In this document: in pieces, positions 9,978 through 21,099 of the stretch
Position numbering within the stretch: position 1 is the stretch's first letter
How the letters are laid out: each line of letters begins with the position of its first letter
From: Welwitschia mirabilis
Taxonomy: Eukaryota
Assembly: GCA_051453625.1 (NCBI GenBank)
Contig: JBOZIK010000001.1
Coordinates: forward strand, 5,524,695 to 5,545,793
Direction: 5' to 3'
Length of the DNA: 21,099 bases
Program-made: the position numbers and the translations under genes
The notes under the pieces: generated by a model
Database searches by the model: none
What the model was told of the DNA's origin: nothing
The model's input: the letters and a program-made list of their open reading frames with translations, nothing else

Positions 9978-9982
9978 ATTAG
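9978..9982. repeat. Right copy of the 5-bp target-site duplication (ATTAG)
   Basis: It directly follows ...GCAACA and matches ATTGG at 1853-1857 with one transition. Confidence 0.88.
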
Positions 9983-12900
9983 TATGAAAGCTTAAAAGAT
10001 AATGTCTAAAAGAATCAAAGTAAAAGATAATAGCTAGCATCTCTTTCTCTATTGTGGTATAATTCATTTGAGATCTAGACAAAGATTTGCTAAGATAAGA
10101 TATAACATGGAAATCATTTTCATAATTCTAATAAAGAATCCCATCTACAACAAAATTACTTAAATCACACATGATTTTAAAATCTTTTTCCTAATTAGGT
10201 TCCATTACTATAGGAGTATAAGAAAGTTTTTATTTAAGCCTATCAAAAGCAAGTTGACAAGATTCGTTTCATTTAATTTTAACTTATTTCTCTAGTATTG
10301 AGTAAATAGGTTTACAAATATTAGCATAATCATGAATAAACTAACGGTGAAGAGCAAAATAACTAAGAAAAGATCTAACCTATTTAACATTTATAGCAGG
10401 ACTTAAGTTTTCAATAATACCAGCTTTAGAAGTGTCCATCTTAATTCTCTCTTTTGAGATATGGTAATGTAAAAGAATTCCACTTTCTATAAGAAATAAA
10501 CCTTTTTTCCAACTCAAATGTAGGCCACTAGAAATACAATAATCTAAGACTTTTTCTAATCAATCTAAAATTTATTAAAATGTTTCAACATAAATAAAGA
10601 AGTCATCCATAAAAATCGCAATGGAATCCTGAAGCATATCAGAAAAAATTCCCATCATAGCATGCTGAAAAGTACTGGGAGCATTACAAAGTCTAAAAGG
10701 CATGGGTTTAAAAGCAAAAGTGTCAAAAGAAGAAGTAAAAGTGATTTTGGCTTGGTCTTCACTAGCAATGAAGACCTAGTTATAATTGCTATAATCATCA
10801 AGAGAACAATAAAAGCATGACCCTAAATCCTATTAAGAATCTAATCAAGAAAAGGTAAAGGACAGTGATCTTTTTCAGTTACCTTGTTTACTTTTTAAAA
10901 GTCTATGTACATTCTCTATTTTTCACACATTTTAAAAACTACTATTAGGAAGTTAACCCACTCACTATCATCAATTGAATAAATGATTCTAGCATCCATT
11001 AATTTTATGATTTCATCTTTAATAATTTCTTTAAAGGTTAAATTAAGTTTATGTTGGGGTTTCCTCATAGGTTTAGCATTTTCTTTAAGGTAGATTTTAT
11101 GTTGAATAATGGAAGTGGATATGGTTGTTAAATCATAATGGAAACAAGTAAACACATTTACCTTAGATTGTAGAAGAGAGACTAGACTTGAGTCTTATTA
11201 ATGAGTAAGTTTTTAATTAATGATCAAAGGTTTATTTAGGTTACTATTTAGGAAAATGTATTTTAGACCACTCTCTAAAGGTTTCAGGTTTAGGTATAAA
11301 CTTAGATTTTTATGTTTTGTAAAATTTTCAAGAAAATAAACTATCATCTTAGATTGTCATCTGAACGTTAGTATGGATGACCACTATTAAAATAAGAAAT
11401 CTTAGGTCTACTAAATTCTTAAACTTTTACACAGTTGACAGACTTAAACTCTCTATTCTTTAAATCATAAAATTTAGTTTTCAGATGTTCTAAATCAAGT
11501 TGATCATAAAAAAACATATAAGTTATTTACTCTTATTAGGTTATTAAACAATGTTGGTTCATAAAACATGGATCATCTTTTCTCAAGTGGATGGTGCTAT
11601 AGAAATAGAGTTAGCCTAATTTCTTCTTTTACACTTAAATCATTATCTAAATCATTTTTAGCCACGTTAAAAACTCTTATTACAAACTTTCTATTCCATA
11701 AATGATACTCCATTAAACTAGTTCTTGTATCTATATTACAGTGAACTGTTGCACAGAAATCTCTAATTAGAAGTAAATAATATCTACCATTGTGCTTAAC
11801 TTTTATAACTACAACATCAATGGGATAAAAGCTTCCTCTATCTAAATAACCAAATCCTTAATCATAATTAATGGTTTCTTCATAGATGAATCAACTAGTT
11901 CTAAGATAATTCATGTAAGTTCTACTCTTTTTTCCAACTCAACTCTTTGACAAACATGCAAGGGCATAATGTTGATACTAGCTTCAATATCTATCAAGGC
12001 TTTCTTAATCATATGGTTNNNNNNNNNNNNNNNNNNNNNNNNNNNNNNNNNNNNNNNNNNNNNNNNNNNNNNNNNNNNNNNNNNNNNNNNNNNNNNNNNN
12101 NNNNNNNNNNNNNNNNNNNNNNNNNNNNNNTATTTTTAATTTTTTATAATAAAGTCTTTTTATAGCTTTGAATATTTTGGATTTTCTTGCAAAAGTTTCC
12201 AAAATGATAAGTTGATGCTCATATTTTTCATTAAGGCTTTTAAATGATCATCAAAAACAGGATTTGTGTTAAGTCTATAAAACCATGGCGTAGGGGGTTT
12301 CTTATGTAAAGAGTTTTTATTTTTGTTTTTTAATGGATAAGAGAAACAATTGTTTTGTAATATTTCTATGTCCTCTTCTTTATCATTTTTTTTCACTTTA
12401 TGATGTGAAAGCCTTATGAGTAGGAGGAGTTATATCATTTTCACTTCTTATTACCACCTTATAATCTTTTATATATTTGTTTAGATTTGATAAAGATTGA
12501 GTGGCAAGAGACCCTTATGGTATTTAGTTGACAAGCATAGTTTATTATAGGATACCCACAAGGTTTTCAATGTTGATGTTTCACTTTTTAATGTTTGAAG
12601 TTATCTTTTCTTATGATTTTCTAAACTCCTTAATGAAATTCTTAAGAGGATCACTTTGGCTTTAGTAGTTGGATGAGCTCACTAAGTTGTCTGAATTGTT
12701 AGATTGGAATTTTATGTTCTCAAATCTATTCTTAAAAGGTTGAAATTTAGGATGGTTTATTTAAAAATTTTTGAAGTTAAGTTGTTCACTTATCCTAGGC
12801 TAAAAGTTATTATGATTTTAAACTTGTCTTTGATTTTGGTTCTGGTTATAGTTTGAATACCTCTGGTTAAAAGCACATACTTACTCATAAATTCTCTCTT

Positions 12901-13880
12901 TATAAGTTAGAAGCAAAGGAAATTCTTTGATAATATGATAATTATCCTCATATAAATCACAAGTAGGAACTACAACTTCACTCTTTTTGGTTTCCACCTT
13001 TGCATCTAGAATCATTTATGTGTATTTTTCTAAGGTTGAAGTAAAATCCTTTATGACATTTATTAGTTTATTTTTAACTCTTATTTCATTTTTCTCATGT
13101 TTCAACTCTTTTAGATCTTTAATAATTTGGCATACTATTCAATTTTATTTAGGTGAGGGTTTAGGCCATGTCTAACTCACTTCTACCAAGTCTTCTAATA
13201 CTTCTCAAGCATCTTTTAAGATTTAATTCAATAAGATACCTTCACATGAAAAATCTACAAATTGCTTTATGTGAATATTTACTCTACTAAAAAAGTAGTC
13301 TACAAGTTTTACCTATGAAAAGGCATCTACAGGTTTTAAATGTAAAGCAACAAAGAATCTCTTATAGACAGAGGCATAGTTTTCATTGGCCATTTGTTAG
13401 AAGGTGGTAACTTATTTCTTACATTTTTGAATGGTGGTTTCAGTCATAAATCTATTGATAAAGGCTTTCTAAAATTGACTTTAAGAGTTTAAGAATCTGT
13501 GGAAAATCATTTTAAGCCATAGTTTTTCTTTATCTTTTAAAGTGATGGGGAAGATGACCATGTAGGTTCTATCACTTATGTGTTTTTTACTATTTCTAGA
13601 AATGAGGAATAACTATTCTATATCAGTAATGTGTTGTAAAGAATCTTCATTGGATTTACTACTAAAGGTAGGATATGCATTTATATTTTGAAGATCAACA
13701 TCATCATCAAGAGGTAGGTCAAATAAGGTGTGGATTTCATGTTTTTTTTCCTACTATGAGATCTTTAAGGATAACACGGGCATTGGTATAAATAAGAGTT
13801 GTTATGAGGGTTCCAATAATAAGGGATAAATTTGGTAAGATAGGTTGTTTTTGCTTTTATAATGAGGTAGGCATCATTTA
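9983..13880 (-). pseudogene. Element A gag-pol, 5' part: gag, decayed zinc knuckle, aspartic protease, reverse transcriptase and RNase H N-terminal half (start coordinate approximate)
   Basis: Gag: YPTFSSKSNEDSLQHI...IFPITLKDKEKLWL...KAFINRF (~13680-13450). Knuckle remnant: CDLYEDNYHIIKEFP (~12960-12918). Protease: ALIDIEASINIMP...LELVDSS (~12000-11885). RT: SIIQHKIYLKENAKP...SEWVN (track ORF 10916-11155) and EDQAKITFTSSFDTFAFKPMPFRLCNAPSTFQHAMMGIFSDM..IFMDDF (FMDD at 10613-10602). RNase H: QMNYTTIEKEMLAIIFYFDSFRHYLL (~10070-9990). Confidence 0.93.
12019..12130. other. Assembly gap (112 N)
   Basis: A run of N between gag and protease of element A. Confidence 0.99.
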
Positions 13881-14133
13881 AAATGAGAAACTATCATCTA
13901 AACAACTCTTTAAAACATTCTTGTTAGCAATATCAGACTCTACAAAAATGAAATTAGATATTGCAAGAAATTCTAAATCTTACATAACTTTATTATCTTT
14001 ATCTGATTCAATTTCTATATCTATCAAACTTTCTTAGATATTTTTCATAATAAATAAATACTCTCTCTAGTATGTTTCTTTTTTAACAGATTTTACCATA
14101 CATGCTCAGTTTTGGATGCATAAAGCACCGTCC

Positions 14134-14233
14134 NNNNNNNNNNNNNNNNNNNNNNNNNNNNNNNNNNNNNNNNNNNNNNNNNNNNNNNNNNNNNNNNNNN
14201 NNNNNNNNNNNNNNNNNNNNNNNNNNNNNNNNN
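14134..14233. other. Assembly gap (100 N) flanked by a 44-bp duplication
   Basis: 14090-14133 and 14234-14277 are 43/44 identical and directly abut the gap. Confidence 0.97.
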
Positions 14234-14696
14234 ATTTTACCATACATGCTCAGTTTTGGATGCATAAAGCACAGTCCCTATAATCGTCTGGATAATAGTC
14301 TAGATGATAAAACACAGAGACCACAAAAAAAAGGAAAAAGAAGAAAACAAAAATGAAAAAATGATAGATACTAAAAAACTCTAAAAGTAGACTATTACCC
14401 ACCTGAGCTATCTAGATGACAAAGGGAATGATGGAAAAAATCCTAAAACTTTTTGATAGAAAACTAAAACAGAAAACTCATGGCATAGAGGCTATTGTTA
14501 CCTAACTCTTTATTATAGAAAAAATGAAAAATTTTATTTGAAAAATCGAAAACTATTTATTTAAAAAATAGAAAACTAACACTATGAAAAGGAAAAACCT
14601 ATACTATTACAGATAATGATACAACACTATTGTAGGTAAACACTCAAACCAAAATACTCATTAGAGAAATGAAAACTCTTAAACTCTAAGTTGCTT

Positions 14697-14714
14697 TCCT
14701 TGGTAATAGTGCCA
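14697..14714 (-). promoter_or_regulatory. Primer-binding site of element A (deaminated Athila-type, tRNA-Asp)
   Basis: The - strand reads TGGCACTATTACCAAGGA against the Athila consensus TGGCGCCGTTGCCGGGGA; all six differences are G>A or C>T. It lies 3 nt inside the LTR end. Confidence 0.82.
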
Positions 14715-14717
14715 AGT

Positions 14718-15768
14718 TGTTGTGATGCATATTTATATAATGTTAGTCCATAGTAAAGTTGAATCTTATTAATCATAAATATAATGCATAAACACAACAC
14801 ACTAATATAGATGAAAGTAACTTGAATGTCGTAATCCAACAATGGCCAAATTAAGAAATAAGAGAGTCGCTTTCTACAAAGAAATGCTTGTACTCTAATT
14901 CATAGAAACAACTTATAATAAATGAAAGTAAAAGTATAACACACTTATGCAAATCTAATATACAAAAGAAAACAATAATGCACCTAAATAAACTAATTAA
15001 GCATGACCTTGATAAAGGTTTCCTTCATAACCTATATCACTAGAAAAACTCTCACTGGATTATAAGCAATATAAGCTCTGAGGGTGGAAAATAATCATAC
15101 ATTAAAATCAGAAAAAAGAAATATTTTGTATTAGGTTGTGAACCACATCTGTATTACAAAGTAGCCACATCTCAATGGAGAAAACACTATTCAATACCAA
15201 GGAAAACATCTCTCTGTAAACAAAGATAAGAAGAAGTTTAAGATGAGACCACTATTTATTAACACACAAGCACATAAGAAAATAGATAGAAAGGCATGGG
15301 TAAAATTGTAATGATCGCATTAGAAGAAACAGATGCATACATAGTAGAATTTAGGTGAATTTTTAGTGTAAACATTATAATAGTATCATCCGACAGGTTA
15401 TCTGGCTCATAGAAGAGATGATGCCATCTCATATTAATCCACATTAGCTACCAGCTTATTTATAGTCAGCATTTCTATTGACACTATTTTCTCAGTCATC
15501 TATATAGTTGTCCAGACGATGACATTGATGATGGCCTTCGACAAATCTTTAATTAGTGCATCAGCCTTAACATTTTTCACTTAGTTATCTCAGAAATGTA
15601 AATTATTCATAATTGTTCAAAATGTTATAAATCATTATGGATATTGCATGTTTCCATCTCTTTCACTTCAGCTCTCCATTATATAAGAAATCAAGCATTT
15701 ACCTATCTATTATCTTATAAAACCACTCAGAACACCCTATGAAATATTCTTAAGTTAGTAGTGCAACA
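14718..15768 (-). repeat. 5' LTR of element A (~1,051 bp)
   Basis: It has TG...CA ends (TGTTGTGATG...AGTAGTGCAACA on +). The inner end abuts the PBS and aligns with the terminus of the related LTR at 20957. Element B integrase sequence (FSGHYS) resumes immediately after 15768. Confidence 0.8.
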
Positions 15769-16263
15769 ATTTTAGTGGCCATTATTCTACAAATAAAACT
15801 ATCACCAAGATTTTATAATTATGTTTTTATTAGTCTTTAATTTTTAAAGATGCATATATTTATTGCAAATACTATGAAAAATGTTAAAAAGTAGGAAACC
15901 TCATAAGAAGAAACACAATGCCTCTAAATCATATTTTCATATTAGAATCTTTTAATATTTAGAGAATTAATTTTCAAGGCCCTTATCCTCACTTAAATGA
16001 AACATTACTACATTCTCATTTATGTAAACTATGTGATTAAATGAGTAGAAGATTATGCATGTAAAAATAATGATGCCCAAATAGTAGTTACATTCTTTAA
16101 AGAAAACATCTTAACAACATTTGGTTATCTTAGGATTATAACTAGTAATAGAAGCACCCACTTCTATAGCAAAGTACATAACAAACTATTGGCCAAATAT
16201 GGGGTTACTCATAAAGTCTAAATACATTATCTCCCAAACTAGTAGATAAGTTAATGTCATTAA
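15769..16263 (+). pseudogene. Element B integrase, N-terminal piece (zinc-finger remnant and catalytic core)
   Basis: FSGHYSTNKTITKIL*LCFY*SLIFKDAYIYCKYYEKC*KVGNLIRRNTMPLN...FNI*RINFQGPYP...YILIYVNYVIK*VEDYACKNNDAQIVVTFFKENILTTFGYLRIITSNRSTHF...LLAKYGVTHKV...QTSR*VNVIN, matching the Athila/Tat integrase consensus. Confidence 0.9.
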
Positions 16264-18035
16264 CACCAGGTACTGATCGTCACCTTGGTAAGCCATTGCC
16301 TTAATAGCTAATTAACCAGATGTAAGACCCTCCTTAGATGGATTTATCCTTTTCCCTCCTCAGCCTATAGGATATTAGAAACCATTTATGGCTCTTATTC
16401 CCCTTCCAAGGGTAGGTTCTCATGCATTACTTATCCATCTACCACGAGAAACACCACTTCCCATTTGGCTATACATTTTTATAGATAGAAATTATGATTT
16501 TATATTCTTTTGTTAAATGAATTATAAAACATTGATATGCTATGTTATAGGGAAGTCTTTCATGATGTTTTAGAATGAATATAGAACCCTGATTCCTAGA
16601 TTTCAAACTCCAAGTTTATCTTTAAAGAGATAATTAAAGTGTATTAGGATCTATAATAGATTTTATTTGCAAAAAACTAAACACTATGACTTCATTAATA
16701 AGTTCTACTAGGTCTCATGCTATATAATCTAAGGTTCTAGATCCAAAAACATTGAGATAGAATAATGCTTTTTTCAAGTCAAATACTTTACTATGTAAAA
16801 GTTTCATTGGGGGTAAGAAGCATTCGAATATTGATAAATTGATTTAAAGTTAGTAGAATTAGATCCACTTTTCTAGGATCATAAGTCGAAGCAATAAAAA
16901 CAATATTTATTTTACTAAAAAAATATTCTCATCTTAGTTCTTCTCCATAAACTCAATTAGTTACAAAGAAACATATTCATCTTAGAGAATTTATTTATTT
17001 TTAAGGCAGAAATGAAATCAATCTTTTGTTTTATATCTATAGGAGAAGTGTAATATTTTTCTTTCTTTTCTATCATGGTAGAAATACAATCAATCTCTTT
17101 GACTATGGTATAAATATTAGTCCATGCCATTTGATCAATGCTTGGGATCCATAATATGCAAGGATACATTGCTTCTACCATTTTCAAAATCTGTCAAAAT
17201 TAGGGGAAAGTTTTATAACTAGAAAATAATCAATCTAAATTGACTTTTACTAAAGGAACATAAGAGTCTACTATTAGACTTCAAACCAAATAGTATCAAC
17301 TAGTTTTCTAAGGACCTATCAGCAAAAATCCCTTTGAAAAAGGATGATCCTAAAAATAAACGAGTTTTTCTAGCTTTAGAAAATATGTTCTGGTTAGATT
17401 TGGTAATATTATGATAAAAAGCAATGAAGATACTTTATTCAGGTGAACAAAATAAATTAAACTTATAATTCATTAGATCTTTTTGAAAAATTTCATTAAA
17501 TATTATAAGTGTAAAAACCCTAGCTCTTCCATGGTTTGATAACCTTTGTAGATAGGATGCTCGTCGGTCAAATTTGATTCAAATTAGGAGAGGTCTTTTG
17601 CTATTCTTAGGAAGGAGGCTTAGAGCATTAGACTTCCTGAGGCTGCTGTCAATCATGTGATGCAGCAATACTAAGCCCTTATTTTCTACAAATCTACAAC
17701 CCCTATTTTTTAGCAATGCTCTATGCTGGGTGTCAAGCATTCACTTAACGCTCTCATATGGAGATCCTATTTTAGCAATCAAAGAGATAAATCCCTAGGC
17801 TTTACTAATATGCCTTCTCCATTATGTTCTTCTTGAGGAAAACTCTATGTTTTCTAGGTAATTTGCTACTCTCTTAGGACATTTCCTCCCTAGTTTTTTA
17901 TTTTAGTTGATTTAAAGTGACTTATTCTAGGTTCAATTTATTCTTTTTTTATAAGAGTTTATTTTATTATCCTCCTCTAGTAATGAAATGGTTTTAATTT
18001 CATTCAATTAAAAAAAAAGACTTAAATTTTTAATG
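16264..18035. mobile_element. ~1.77-kb insertion splitting element B integrase; possibly a decayed CACTA-like element or a LINE ORF1 (DUF4283-like) fragment
   Basis: Integrase stops at VNVIN (~16263) and resumes at NQEIKKI (~18038). The ends read CACCA...TAATG (cf. CACTA...TAGTG), with TAA on both sides (16261-16263, 18036-18038). That it is an insertion is secure; the class is not. Confidence 0.6.
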
Positions 18036-18615
18036 TAAACCAAGAAATTAAAAAAATCGTATAGAAAGTAGTAAGTTTAACTAGGAAAGATGGGTCTTAT
18101 AAGTTGAACGATGATTTATGGGCCTACAGAATAGCTTATAAGATACCCTTAGGAATGTATCCCTTTAGGCTGATCTATGGTAAGGTGTGTCATCTCCCTA
18201 TTGAGTGGGAATACAAAGCTTATTGAGGAATTAAAAACATGAAATTGGACTTTGAAATAACAAGGAAATAGTGAGATATCTAATTGAATGAGTTAGATGA
18301 GATTAGGAATGATACATACAAGAATAGAAATATTGATAAGGATAGGATGAAAAAATGACATGATCAAAATATCTTAAGAAAAACATTTAAGAAGGAAGAA
18401 CTAGTTTGATTTATAATTTAAGGCTACATTTATTTCCATGAAAACTAGTTTCTAAATGGAAAGATCCTTATGTAATAAAACAAGTATTGTCAAATGATGT
18501 AATCCTCATTAAAAACCTAAAAAATCATTAAGCTTTTAAAGTTAATGGTTACCACCTTAAGCACTTTCATTCATCTCTTCCATCCATCTATAAGTTTGTG
18601 AAATTATTAACCTAG
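18036..18615 (+). pseudogene. Element B integrase, C-terminal piece
   Basis: [64 protein letters not shown]...LNELDEIRNDTY...YNLRLHLFP*KLVSKWKDPYVIKQV...FKVNGYHLKHF. Confidence 0.92.
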
Positions 18616-20000
18616 GTTAATAATCCTTAATAATTAATTTAAAATAATAAGTTATCATTATGTTATCATAAGTTTATATTAAAATTAAGTTTATGTGTTT
18701 TAATTAAGAGAAAGTATGCTTAGTTTGAGTTATTTTATTAAGGCTAGCTTCACTTGAAGTTTTTAATTTGACCAAAGGAAAAAAATGGATAAAAGGTAAA
18801 ATCTACCTTTAGGAAGTACTCTTGATTTTCAAGCATTTATGGGATTAATATTAATTCTTAATTGGGATAATGAGGTAATGACCTTGATTTGTATTTAAAA
18901 CAAAAGAAAAAGATACATATGAAAAGAAAAGTCAAAAAGAAAATATATCTTTTTTCTAAAAGCACATTTTATTTAATCAGTATCACTAAGTTTAGTTAAC
19001 TACATCAAGGATGTGGACACACATTGGTAATGTAGCTCTAATGATCTATTTATGGCATGATCAACTGCATTGGGGCTATGATCACTCCTTAGCAATGTAG
19101 CACTGATTTCTTCATGAAGAAAATGTTTAACTCCATTAGAAAAACGATTCTTTAACATTGGATGCTTAATTAGATAAAAATTCTTGAAATAGATTTAATC
19201 TTAAGGGTGGAAAGGAAAATGAAAAGATAAAAAGAGGGGAATTAAATATTTCATTATGTTTCTTTTCCTTAACTCTTATACCTAGATTTTGCTTATTGAC
19301 TTTTAAAATTTCATGATTTTACTTAGTGGATACCTTGCTTAAATAATAACTTTATCCATTATATAAAAAATAAATTTTACCAAAAAAATTCAATAAAAGG
19401 GCCATTAGCTTAGGGAAGTTATTTCATTTGTTCATAGGCTGAGTTACATTTCTCTTCCTTATCCATTACCATTTGCATTTCATATCCATTTCATGCATAG
19501 TCATAATTCATTTCCTCACTTTACCTTTATTCTATTTTCATGAAGAATAGAACATTGTAAGATACACATGTTTCTATCACAGGCTGAACTTTTTCATCAT
19601 GTTTTCACTAAATAAAAAAGAAAAAAACAAAATTGAATTATTGGTAGGTAGAAAATATGAGATTGTGTTTAATAGTTTTTCTTCACATTATGGCATTTTG
19701 CATTTTTTCCTTTTTGAATTAAAAAACTTGTGTTGAATAATTTCTAGAACTTTAAATTTATTTCTCAAAAGTCGATTATAATTTTTCCTATCTTAAAAAT
19801 TTTGAGGACAAAGTCTAATTTTGGTTGGAGGTGTAGCATCCACTCTTTTTTTTTTTTTTTTTTGAAAAATCATAATGTTAATGGCTTATTTTTCTTTAAA
19901 ATTGATCAAAAAGTTTTCAAAATTTATATCATCTTATAAAATCTTGAATAATTTTCCTTAGAATTTTTCCATGCTAATCATTCTTTATCATGCCTTTTTT

Positions 20001-20036
20001 TTACTAAGGGTCTAGCAAAAGTCTAGTTAGGTGGTG
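20001..20036 (+). promoter_or_regulatory. Athila-type pre-LTR motif and decayed polypurine tract of element B
   Basis: TTACTAAGGGTCTAGCAAAAGTCTAGTTAGGTGGTG|TGAT resembles the Athila TTGCTCGAGGACGAGCAA..AAGTTTGGGGGTG|TGAT junction. A related internal copy (TTTGAGGACAAAGTC..GGTTGGAGGTGT) is at ~19801-19834. Confidence 0.65.
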
Positions 20037-20956
20037 TGATAACATGTAAAAATTAACATTTAGATCATGTATTTTAGGTTAATTTAGCTTAGAAAATATA
20101 TTTAATTAATCACTTTTATCATGAAATTATGTCTTTCCTTAGTTTTATTGTAAATTATGAAATTATGCACTTTTTTATGAAAAACTTAGGTACTTAACAT
20201 CATAATGGAGAATGATGCCAAATTAGCTTTAAACTACCATGCTTGACTTATCATTGAATAACATGTGGTAGGAAGTTATGGGCCCTATCAATTATTGCAT
20301 CATAGTTAGCTAAGATCCTTAAAGACTTGATATTGATATGGTGGATATGTAATGCTAATGTGACAAACACATAGCAGTGAGTTGATAGTGTAGTGCTAAT
20401 AGCATATGGTGGTGGTATTAATACAAATGGTGCTAGTATCAGTTGGAAGTTTTTACACAAATGGCCAAATGTTGAAGGAATCATGATAATTTTCTATCAA
20501 ATGTCACAAAATAAAACTTTCACCTAATAGGATAGGATGAAGCTCTAATCAAATGATAAATGATGAAGTGCTACAAGAAAAAGATTCCATTTAATGATAT
20601 AAGATAATAAATCTTTACTTACACTTAAATATATAAGATAAAATATAGTTTTATAATGCTAAATGATGAAGATTCTATTTAATACTACCAGACAGAGTCC
20701 ACTCATCTCACTTATTAGTACAAGCTAAGAAACCCATTCATCACCCTCCTTAATTTTACCTATAAAAGGCCTTGAAGACCCTCATTATAACATGACTTCC
20801 TCAATGGTGAAAGCTCCATTATACCTTAGCATGATCTTCAACATGATGCCTTGCTAAGTTTCCTTTAGAGTGAGCTAGTCTCAAGGATATCTTAAGGAGT
20901 TTGTACTTGATGATGCCTCTTTTTTATAATGTAAGGTAATTTCTTTTATTTTATAT
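20037..20956 (+). repeat. 3' LTR of element B (partial; interrupted at 20957)
   Basis: It begins TGATAACATG directly after the PPT-like motif, has an AT-rich U3, and has a candidate TATA box (TATAAAA) at 20761-20767. Confidence 0.7.
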
Positions 20957-21099
20957 TGTTGTGGTGTGAATTTATGAAATCTTGAAGTCCTTAGGTAAAC
21001 CTGTAAATCATATAACTTATAGAAAAACACACGCTAGTATAGACGGGAGTTCACCCGAATGTCGTAATCCCAACAAAGGCACTAGGCTCAGAGTTAGAG
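20957..21099 (-). mobile_element. Terminus of element C, a younger LTR related to element A's LTR, inserted in B's LTR; continues beyond the window
   Basis: TGTTGTGGTGTGAATTTATGAAATCTTGAAGTCCTTAGGTAAA aligns with TGTTGTGATGCATATTTATATAATGTTAGTCCATAGTAAA at 14718. CACGCTAGTATAGACGGGAGTTCACCCGAATGTCGTAATCCCAACAAAGGC aligns with ~14798-14846. Confidence 0.82.

Larger units (their letters stand above)
1..15768 (-). mobile_element. Element A: decayed Ty3/gypsy Athila-like LTR retrotransposon (5' LTR, PBS, gag, PR, RT, RH, IN), interrupted by the 1858-9977 insertion; 3' end lies left of the window
   Basis: The domain order on the - strand is LTR(15768-14718), PBS, gag, protease, RT, RNase H, integrase, which is the gypsy order. 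It has an Athila-type PBS and an RT FMDD motif. The RNase H frame is continuous across the 8.1-kb insertion. Confidence 0.93.

Noticed and set aside
9900-10082. 60-aa - strand ORF as a standalone protein
   Set aside because: It is chimeric: RNase H residues up to FHTN read through the junction into the end of the 8.1-kb insert.
11947-14356. ORFs containing X runs (11947-12165, 12005-12202, 14083-14265, 14102-14356)
   Set aside because: They are open only because they span N gaps.
17516-17523. Telomere-like AACCCTAG
   Set aside because: It is a single imperfect unit, at most a telo-box-like word, and not an array.
18616-20000. Athila env-like ORF between integrase and the 3' LTR of element B
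   Set aside because: No ORF or recognisable remnant is present; the region reads as AT-rich non-coding 3' sequence.

Overview
This is AT-rich land-plant repeat DNA with no intact gene; the species cannot be identified from the sequence. Most of the window is a nest of decayed Ty3/gypsy Athila-like LTR retrotransposons. The oldest, element B (+ strand), contributes integrase at 15769-18615, a 3' region and a 3' LTR starting at 20037. It is interrupted by three insertions: element A (- strand; LTR 14718-15768, tRNA-Asp-type PBS, gag-PR-RT-RH-IN running off the left edge), a 1.77-kb insert of uncertain class (16264-18035), and a younger A-family LTR starting at 20957. The most notable feature is an 8,120-bp insertion (1858-9977) that splits element A's RNase H. 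It has TGT...ACA ends and a 5-bp target-site duplication (ATTGG/ATTAG), and removing it restores the RNase H reading frame exactly. It has no visible LTR pair and no recognisable transposase or pol. It carries a disabled, intronless plant NOT4-type (C4C4) RING E3-ligase copy followed by AATAAA and A11, flanked by two mirror-image arms, one containing a cryptic decayed ORF of about 270 codons. All alignments and translations were done by eye, and family names come from remembered consensus motifs, not database searches.
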